Part shown: positions 58,400-64,000 of the stretch, in pieces
Layout: every line of letters begins with the position of its first letter
Numbering within the stretch: the stretch's first letter is position 1
DNA from: a virus
Reading direction: 5' to 3' (one strand)
Length of the DNA: 64,000 bases
IMG/VR virus record: IMGVR_UViG_3300042446_001440
Coordinates: 1-64,000 of that record
Translations under genes and position numbers: made by a program
The notes under the pieces: model-generated
What the model saw: only the letters and a program-made list of their open reading frames with translations
Databases searched by the model: none
What the model was told of the DNA's origin: nothing

Positions 58400-59583
58400 C
58401 GTTTTGCATACCTAGTAAAAATAATTTAAGATACTTAAAAACATGTATCCCTTCTATTCGTAAAAATTCATTTAGAAAAGACCATGATATTATTGTATTT
58501 GTAGATAGCGATAATGATGGGACTGTAAACTGGTTAGAAGAAAATAAAGAACAATACAATATTACATACTATATTAACCCAGATCTAGGAAAACAATTAT
58601 TTGGAATAGGTAAAGCATATGATTATTGCATTGAACATTCTCAAACAGACATATGTATGATATTTCATGCTGATATGATGTTAGGTAAGGATGCTGATTT
58701 AGAAGCATATAAACATATGCAATCAAAAACAGTAGTATGTTCTACTAGAATTGAACCACCTCTACACCCAAATGCTGGAGAGAAAATACTTCAAGATTTT
58801 GGAGTATGGCCTGAAGATTTTAAAGAAAATGAATTTAATGAATTCGTAGAGCAAACCAAACAACAATACGAGGATAAAATAACCAATGGTATATTTGCAC
58901 CGTGGATGATATATAAACAAGACTTATTAGCTCTAGGAGGACATGACCCTATATTAATGTCAGCTAGAGAAGATTCGGACCTATTTAACAGAATGAAATT
59001 AGCTGGGTATAAGTTTATTCAAAGCTGGAAGTCTTTAGTATACCATTTAACGGGAAGAGGAGGACAATTTCAACACGGAGATATAGAAAAAGCTAAAAGT
59101 GAAGAATGGCAAAAACTAATGAATAATTCAACTAAAGAATTTATTAGAAAATGGGGATCTCCAGTTAAACATACTCCATTAATGGATCCTATAATACTTC
59201 CTAAATATAATATTGCCTTTGTAATTAATAACGGTAATTTACCATTATTAGACGCATTAGAGCCATGGTGTGATAGGATATATGTTAATGAGAAATTTAA
59301 GGTAATAGGTAGAGCTTGGGATTATGTTGAGATGGAACAGAGTAATACCAAATTTGATTTAAGTAAACGCGTATTAACTATAGAAAACAATGATCCAATT
59401 AGTGAAAATGATATAGTAGTTGAATTTGATGGAAATCAGATAACCCAACAATCATTCCTCATATTACAGCAGTTACCCGATATTATACAGAACTCGGGAG
59501 CGATCGGAACATTTGAATTAGATATATTTAAAATAACAATCAATAGTTTAGAAACATACGAACATACTTTAATATATTTATAG
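58387..59583 (+). CDS. Glycosyltransferase, GT2/GT-A
   Basis: ITFCIP; D..NDGT; HADM; GGHD; EDSD; YH. Confidence 0.88.
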   Translation: MDKITFCIPSKNNLRYLKTCIPSIRKNSFRKDHDIIVFVDSDNDGTVNWLEENKEQYNITYYINPDLGKQLFGIGKAYDYCIEHSQTDICMIFHADMMLGKDADLEAYKHMQSKTVVCSTRIEPPLHPNAGEKILQDFGVWPEDFKENEFNEFVEQTKQQYEDKITNGIFAPWMIYKQDLLALGGHDPILMSAREDSDLFNRMKLAGYKFIQSWKSLVYHLTGRGGQFQHGDIEKAKSEEWQKLMNNSTKEFIRKWGSPVKHTPLMDPIILPKYNIAFVINNGNLPLLDALEPWCDRIYVNEKFKVIGRAWDYVEMEQSNTKFDLSKRVLTIENNDPISENDIVVEFDGNQITQQSFLILQQLPDIIQNSGAIGTFELDIFKITINSLETYEHTLIYL

Positions 59584-59599
59584 AAGAAAAATATATATT

Positions 59600-60139
59600 A
59601 TGGCTACTTCTTCAAAACGCAACGCACCAAAGTTAAGCAGAATTGTAACATTAGGAGAAATTGAGTCAGAACTTATCAATAATATCATACAATTAATATA
59701 TGAAATTAATGATGAAGACGCGAAAAAAACGCATGCTGAACCAATTAAGCTCATAATCAACTCACTTGGAGGCGAAGTGTATAGTGGCCTAGCTTTAATT
59801 GATGTCATTGATAGTTCACAGACTCCCGTTTATACAATATGTCATGGTTCATGCATGTCTATGGCGTTACCAATATACGCTGCTGGTCACCATAGATTAG
59901 CAAGTAAAAATGCTACATTCATGTATCATGAAGCATCATATGCCGCTGAAGGAAAAGTATTACACCATAAACAAGAATTGAAAGAAACTGATCGTATTGA
60001 TATATTATGTGATAATTACTTATTATCTAAAACTAAATTCACTCAAAAACAGCTGACAGATATTAAAAATAAGCGTGGAGAGTGGTATTTTGATATAAAA
60101 GTAGCTACTAAATATGGGCTAGTAAACGAAGTAATTTAA
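59600..60139 (+). CDS. clpP: ClpP-family protease subunit
   Basis: INSLGGEV; CMSMA (catalytic Ser); FMYHE (catalytic His); YGLVNEV. Confidence 0.9.
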   Translation: MATSSKRNAPKLSRIVTLGEIESELINNIIQLIYEINDEDAKKTHAEPIKLIINSLGGEVYSGLALIDVIDSSQTPVYTICHGSCMSMALPIYAAGHHRLASKNATFMYHEASYAAEGKVLHHKQELKETDRIDILCDNYLLSKTKFTQKQLTDIKNKRGEWYFDIKVATKYGLVNEVI

Positions 60140-60161
60140 TATTTATATATAAACATAAACA

Positions 60162-60461
60162 ATGGCTGACAATAAACCAAAATTAAAAATCGACGTAAAT
60201 CATAACCCAACTAAGAAGGGTATTAAAGTACAGTTTGTACTACCACAAACCTTAGAAGGTGATGCTAAAGCAGAGATGACTCAGAAATTACAAGCTAGAC
60301 TAAATAGTGGATTACAACAATATAATCTTACAGTTAGTCAAGATACAGACGTTCCATACAGTAACGTTATAGGATTCTTAATTCCAATAGCTGATATTAA
60401 GTTATTAATTAAGAAAGCTATTACAGGTGGAGCTGAAGCGCCTCCAGAAGAAGCAATTTAA
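60162..60461 (+). CDS. Hypothetical protein
   Basis: DVN.NPTKKGIKVQF; preceded by ATATTTAT. Confidence 0.7.
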   Translation: MADNKPKLKIDVNHNPTKKGIKVQFVLPQTLEGDAKAEMTQKLQARLNSGLQQYNLTVSQDTDVPYSNVIGFLIPIADIKLLIKKAITGGAEAPPEEAI

Positions 60462-60476
60462 TTTTAATAATTAGTT

Positions 60477-60794
60477 ATGATTAAAACTCGAAAGATGAGG
60501 AGAAAAATACCTATATTCAAAGTTGTAATGAATGGTAGAGAGGATTACTCCCAACTAACAGAAATACCCGAAATAATAGAGGTAGTAATTGAAGAGACTG
60601 TTGTTGCTATTAAAGATGGAATAGAGAAAAATAAAAAATCTATATCTTTATTTGAAGTGGCAAATTCAGATTGTTATATTGACTTAGAGAAAAACAAATG
60701 GAAACCAACTCTAGAACATACTATTGGTTACTTTGTTGAAAAGGAAGACTATAGTAAATGTGCTGAGATTAGAGATTTAATAAACAAACTGTAG
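60477..60794 (+). CDS. Protein with C-terminal UVR (UvrB/C)-like motif
   Basis: EKEDYSKCAEIRDL. Confidence 0.65.
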   Translation: MIKTRKMRRKIPIFKVVMNGREDYSQLTEIPEIIEVVIEETVVAIKDGIEKNKKSISLFEVANSDCYIDLEKNKWKPTLEHTIGYFVEKEDYSKCAEIRDLINKL

Positions 60795-60796
60795 TT

Positions 60797-61225
60797 ATGG
60801 AAAAAGACCCCCACGCGGAAGGTATTAAAAAGTCTATTGAGGATATTATTGGCGCTGATACGTCTTTAAGACGTAAGAAAAAAACAGACGAGGATTTTCA
60901 AAAAGAAAAATTTACAAAACTTATTCAAACATTAGATGAAATAGAAGTACGTTCTATGATAATGGGTGGTGATTTGGGTTTAGATTTTACTAAATATGAT
61001 GATAAATTCTACTCAGTAATTGATGGGTTATTAGGATTACTATACCCAAAAGAAGCATGTGAATTAATATTCTTCTACTTATATGAACGTATAAATGAAG
61101 ATGGTTCAACTAATGAATTAGTAGATGAAGATGGGAATATAGTTTCCCTCGTTTCCCCAACCGATCTTTGGTATTTAATAAAAATAATCCAAGATAAAAT
61201 TGGGAAGGCAAAAAAGAAAGCATAA
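60797..61225 (+). CDS. Hypothetical protein
   Basis: 142 aa ORF in operon. Confidence 0.7.
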   Translation: MEKDPHAEGIKKSIEDIIGADTSLRRKKKTDEDFQKEKFTKLIQTLDEIEVRSMIMGGDLGLDFTKYDDKFYSVIDGLLGLLYPKEACELIFFYLYERINEDGSTNELVDEDGNIVSLVSPTDLWYLIKIIQDKIGKAKKKA

Positions 61226-61254
61226 ATTAAATCAAACAAAAATAAATAAACAAA

Positions 61255-61398
61255 ATGAAAACAGTTATCGCAATCGCAATGATCGTGGCTTTAGCCTCAT
61301 GTGGTGGTGCTGCAACTAGCACTCCAACCTCAACTGATTCAACTAAAGTTGACAGTACCGTAGTAGTAGACTCAGTAAAAGTAGAGTCTGTAAAATAA
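61255..61398 (+). CDS. 47-aa lipoprotein (not in track)
   Basis: MKTVIAIAMIVALASCGGAATSTPTSTDSTKVDSTVVVDSVKVESVK; LASC lipobox; terminator follows. Confidence 0.75.
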   Translation: MKTVIAIAMIVALASCGGAATSTPTSTDSTKVDSTVVVDSVKVESVK

Positions 61399-61405
61399 TC
61401 CCCCT

Positions 61406-61437
61406 AATAACGGGGCTTAGAGTCCCGTTATTTTTTA
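61406..61437 (+). terminator. Intrinsic terminator
   Basis: AATAACGGG-GCT-tag-AGT-CCCGTTATT followed by a T-run. Confidence 0.8.
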
Positions 61438-61439
61438 TT

Positions 61440-62042
61440 ATGCCTGCTGCAAAACCTTTAACTAAGTTTCAAATAGAAACAGCAATGCGCTACACTAAAT
61501 CAGTGAGAGCAGCCGCTAAGTATTTAGGATGTTCCTATCATCACCTTAAGCCTTTTATGAAGGTACTTAGAGTAGATGATTCAGATCCTAATTCACCAAC
61601 TTTATTTGATGCTCATAAAAATCAAAACGGTAAAGGCATTCCTAAGTTCTTACCTAACAAACGTAAAGAACCAAATGTTAAAAATATTATCTTAACAGGT
61701 ACAGGATGGGAATCATTTACACCTGATAAAATAAAAGTAAGACTAGTAGCTGAGGGTTATTTAAGAGATGAATGTTATGTTTGTGGATTTAGTGAACGTA
61801 GAGTAACAGACTTTAAAATTCCATTACTCCTACATTTTAAAGATAATAATAAATGTAATTATCTACTTGATAATCTAGAGCAAACATGCTATAATTGCTA
61901 TTATTTATACGTTGGAGAGGTATTAACACCAAGCCAAATACGCAGTGTAGAAGATTCATCACCACCATTAGCAAAACCATTTGAATGGGACTTAGATGAT
62001 GAACAAATAGCAAATATGAAGGCATTAGGAATTTTTGAATAA
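61440..62042 (+). CDS. HTH plus degenerate HNH/Zn-finger protein
   Basis: SVRAAAKYLGCSY; CYVCG...LLLHFKDNN..N..LDNL...CYNC. Confidence 0.65.
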   Translation: MPAAKPLTKFQIETAMRYTKSVRAAAKYLGCSYHHLKPFMKVLRVDDSDPNSPTLFDAHKNQNGKGIPKFLPNKRKEPNVKNIILTGTGWESFTPDKIKVRLVAEGYLRDECYVCGFSERRVTDFKIPLLLHFKDNNKCNYLLDNLEQTCYNCYYLYVGEVLTPSQIRSVEDSSPPLAKPFEWDLDDEQIANMKALGIFE

Positions 62043-62062
62043 TTAAAATAAAAACAATAAAT

Positions 62063-62353
62063 ATGAGTTACGAATTAGCACAAAAATATGTTGACTTTCA
62101 AATTCCATCAGAAATTAAACAAGCTGCTAAAGCAGGTGTAAGAATGACTGGTTCACTAAATTTCATCAAGATGATGATGTTTGCAGATGAAGTACAATTA
62201 ACCAATGATAATATTGATTATTATATGGGTCTTCCTCCACAACGATTAGAAGATGAAACGTACGATGAAATGAAAAACAGAGGCAAACTAGCAAAAGCAC
62301 TATTGAAATATAGAGCACAATTATATGATTATTCAGTATACGAAAAACAATAA
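62063..62353 (+). CDS. Hypothetical protein
   Basis: 96 aa; PQRLEDETYDE.K.R. Confidence 0.65.
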   Translation: MSYELAQKYVDFQIPSEIKQAAKAGVRMTGSLNFIKMMMFADEVQLTNDNIDYYMGLPPQRLEDETYDEMKNRGKLAKALLKYRAQLYDYSVYEKQ

Positions 62354-62356
62354 AAC

Positions 62357-62566
62357 ATGGCACAATTTTTCCAAGTAAAAGTTCAATTTAGAACAGAAGA
62401 CGAAAGAGGTAAAGTAAAAAAAGAAAACGTAGCGTATTTAGTAGATGCAATGTCAGTAACAGAAGCAGAAGCTAGAACAGTACAATATTTAACCGAGCAT
62501 GGTGAAGAGGCATTTGAAGTAAAAGCAGCATCTGAATCTAAAATCGCTCAGGTAGTAACAGCTTAA
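62357..62566 (+). CDS. DUF4494-like protein
   Basis: E.GKVKKE..AYLVDAMSVTEAEAR, resembling the Bacteroidota DUF4494 N-terminal repeat. Confidence 0.7.
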   Translation: MAQFFQVKVQFRTEDERGKVKKENVAYLVDAMSVTEAEARTVQYLTEHGEEAFEVKAASESKIAQVVTA

Positions 62567-62576
62567 ACTTAATAAT

Positions 62577-62678
62577 AGTCAGGTGGCGGAATGGTTGTAG
62601 ACGCTAGTTGAATGTATTGATTACTTCTGACGCATTCGATGAACAAATAATTGCTAGGTTCAAATCCTGCCCTGACTA
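62577..62678 (+). ncRNA. tRNA-like RNA without a canonical anticodon arm
   Basis: Acceptor AGTCAGG/CCTGACT; D-arm GCG..GG..CGC; T-loop TTCAAAT; middle is an 8-bp hairpin with a 16-nt loop. Confidence 0.65.
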
Positions 62679-62682
62679 CAAA

Positions 62683-62801
62683 ATCGTTCGAACGTGGAAC
62701 GACGAAGACGGCCGTGGCATACCGTAAGATCTGCTCGCTTAGTGGCTCCGTATCGTAGGACGGCACAGTTAGCAACTCTGGTGGTATTCTAAAAGTTGCA
62801 A
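62683..62801 (+). ncRNA. GC-rich multi-hairpin segment, unassigned
   Basis: TCGTTC/GAACGA, CCGT/ACGG and GCAACT/AGTTGC stems. Confidence 0.4.
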
Positions 62802-62803
62802 AC

Positions 62804-62876
62804 TCCAGAATAGCTCAGTTGGTAGAGCAGCTGATTTGTAATCAGCAGGTCGCAAGTTCGACTCTTGTTTCTGGAT
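62804..62876 (+). tRNA. tRNA-Thr(UGU)
   Basis: TCCAGAA/TTCTGGA; GCTGA-TTTGTAA-TCAGC; TTCGA. Confidence 0.93.
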
Positions 62877-62877
62877 C

Positions 62878-62978
62878 AAGGATGAGAGAATACAAAGTAG
62901 CAGCACCCGTCATCATGTGTAACTCGTGGTGCCAACTACCAGTAACTTTGTTTGGTTGGCCAACCGAACCTCATCTTT
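62878..62978 (+). ncRNA. Closed, branched structured RNA, unassigned
   Basis: AAGGATGAG/CTCATCTTT closing stem; ACAAAGT/ACTTTGT; GTAG/CTAC; GCACC/GGTGC; GGTTG/CAACC. Confidence 0.55.
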
Positions 62979-62981
62979 ATT

Positions 62982-63068
62982 GGAAGAGTAGCCAAGCGGT
63001 TGACGGCACCTGACTTGAAATCAGACATACGGGAAACTGTATCGTGGGTTCGAATCCTACCTCTTCCG
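62982..63068 (+). tRNA. tRNA-Ser(UGA)
   Basis: GGAAGAG/CTCTTCC, G discriminator; loop CTTGAAA; long variable arm. Confidence 0.93.
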
Positions 63069-63073
63069 CAGCT

Positions 63074-63144
63074 TGGGTTATGGTGTAATGGCAACACTAC
63101 AGATTTTGATTCTGTCGTTTTAGGTTCGAGTCCTGGTAACCCAA
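63074..63144 (+). tRNA. tRNA-Gln(UUG)
   Basis: TGGGTTA/TAACCCA; ACAGA-TTTTGAT-TCTGT. Confidence 0.93.
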
Positions 63145-63145
63145 C

Positions 63146-63280
63146 AAAAAGAACTAGCAAACAAATGACACGCACGGCAGCCTGGAATGTGTGCACACTG
63201 AACAGGCAATGCGAACGAAGAGGATGGGATACCTCACTGTGCGTAGGTTAGATTCAACGCCCGTCGCTAGTTCTTTTTTT
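63146..63280 (+). ncRNA. Rod-like RNA with central bubble and branched tip, unassigned (6S-like shape)
   Basis: 13-bp AAAAAGAACTAGC/GCTAGTTCTTTTT; ACGCACGG/CTGTGCGT; GCCTG/CAGGC; GAGG/CCTC. Confidence 0.6.
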
Positions 63281-63284
63281 ACAT

Positions 63285-63444
63285 TGTAGGATGGTGAAAT
63301 GCTCTAGAGCTTGGAATACACAGCGCCCCGTCTAGGCGCCGCGGATCACGAAATAGATAAATGATAATGGGTTGACCACACGCTTGCAAGCACAAATGTC
63401 ATTTATTGAATCGCCGTATGGAGGTTCAAATCCTTCTCCTACAG
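63285..63444 (+). ncRNA. 160-nt tRNA-like RNA with D-loop insertion and very large variable arm
   Basis: TGTAGGA/TCCTACA; GCGCC-CCGTCTA-GGCGC; GGAGG-TTCAAAT-CCTTC; insert of about 80 nt. Confidence 0.7.
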
Positions 63445-63445
63445 C

Positions 63446-63592
63446 TAAAGAGGATAAAATGTGTAGTAACCTCAAGGAAGCTAGCTCCTACTACACTCTT
63501 TAAGTGTTACCCAAAGGGTAAACGCACTGGTATGAGACTTGTTCTCTCAAACTCGATACCTAAAGTTGAGCTGTCAATTGAAAGATTGACTT
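63446..63592 (+). ncRNA. Tandem-hairpin structured segment, unassigned
   Basis: GTGTAGTA/TACTACAC, TTACCC/GGGTAA, GGTAT/ATACC, GTCAATT-gaaa-GATTGAC. Confidence 0.45.
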
Positions 63593-63595
63593 AAT

Positions 63596-63681
63596 GCCCC
63601 GGTGGTGGAACTGGTAGACACGCAGGACTTAAAATCCTGTTCGCTGTAAGGCGAGTGACGGTTCGATTCCGTTCTAGGGCA
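63596..63681 (+). tRNA. tRNA-Leu(UAA)
   Basis: CAGGA-CTTAAAA-TCCTG; long variable arm; one acceptor-stem mismatch. Confidence 0.92.
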
Positions 63682-63694
63682 CATAATTATAATC

Positions 63695-64000
63695 ATGGCA
63701 TGTCATTGTTTACATCTGAAAAACGCAAGCGAATTCTACACGTTACTTAAACAACGTGACCCCGATTTAATCAAGAAAATGGTTAAATGTGTAATGAGCG
63801 CATATAAGCGAAATAAAGCAGATATTGATATATTTGATATCACATTCAAAGACATGAGCGAATTGACATTTAATATTGAAAGATCACAGTACAGCGAATT
63901 ACTCAGCAATTGTCTTAAAGACATGATTGAAATAGAAGAGTACGAATTATGTGCTGAGATTAAGAAAATAATAGATAAAAAATCAAAACACGGGGATGGC
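63695..64000 (+). CDS. Partial ORF, paralogue of 60477..60794 with a UVR-like motif (runs off the window)
   Basis: MACHCLHLKNASEF...NKADIDIFDI...EIEEYELCAEIKKII. Confidence 0.65.
   Translation, partial: MACHCLHLKNASEFYTLLKQRDPDLIKKMVKCVMSAYKRNKADIDIFDITFKDMSELTFNIERSQYSELLSNCLKDMIEIEEYELCAEIKKIIDKKSKHGDG

Noticed and set aside
62710-62790. HDV-like (theta) ribozyme next to a tRNA
   Set aside because: P1, P3 and P4-like pairings can be drawn, but P1.1 and a short catalytic J4/2 are missing and it does not start at a tRNA 3' end
62895-62940. CAGCACCC...GGTGCCAA resembling SAM-I riboswitch P3
   Set aside because: No 5' AUC P1 strand, kink-turn or P2 pseudoknot in the right order, and no downstream gene to regulate
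63322-63340. Amber suppressor reading (CTA in the loop) implying a recoded genome
   Set aside because: CTA is off-centre in the loop, and TAG is used as a normal stop after conserved genes (sheath, tube, nrdA)
62569-63594. ORFs called over the RNA array (62569, 62819, 62936, 62952, 63406)
   Set aside because: They overlap clear tRNA cloverleaves
286-63924. Minus-strand ORFs in the track (e.g. 286-747, 24567-25055, 36693-37073, 44462-45040) and nested + ORFs (25397, 36839, 37624, 48029)
   Set aside because: They shadow well-supported + strand genes and show no motifs; 36693-37073 is better explained by two small + ORFs

Overview
A 64 kb segment of a large, AT-rich T4-like myovirus genome. 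All credible genes lie on the + strand and use the standard code. The host is very likely Bacteroidota: there are TTTG-N19-21-TAnnTTTA promoters, A-rich starts without Shine-Dalgarno sites, a DUF4494-like gene and a Cys-less QueC. Gene order: (1) tail module (S74-chaperoned fibre, sheath, tube, chaperone pair probably joined by a +1/-2 frameshift, tape measure, baseplate, hub fused to an M15 peptidase); (2) replication and recombination (atypical short PolA-like protein, SSB, RecA/UvsX, 5'-3' exonuclease, DnaB, thioredoxin, NrdB/NrdA); (3) 7-deazaguanine DNA-modification cluster (queD, DpdA/TGT-like gene, queC, queE, folE, a purine phosphoribosyltransferase, dCTP deaminase/dUTPase), with a pseudoknot before queC, a kissing-loop leader before an HNH gene and a repeat-delimited small-gene array; (4) two fibre-like genes, one with a mucin-like Thr tract; (5) PolB, clamp, GroES/GroEL, clamp loader, Cas4/RecB-like nuclease; (6) an 11 kb glycosyltransferase/methyltransferase cluster; (7) ClpP and UVR-motif proteins; (8) an RNA array in which four tRNAs and two aberrant tRNA-like RNAs alternate with four structured non-tRNA segments. 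Products were assigned by eye from motifs and RNA structures were paired by hand; no database searches were run.
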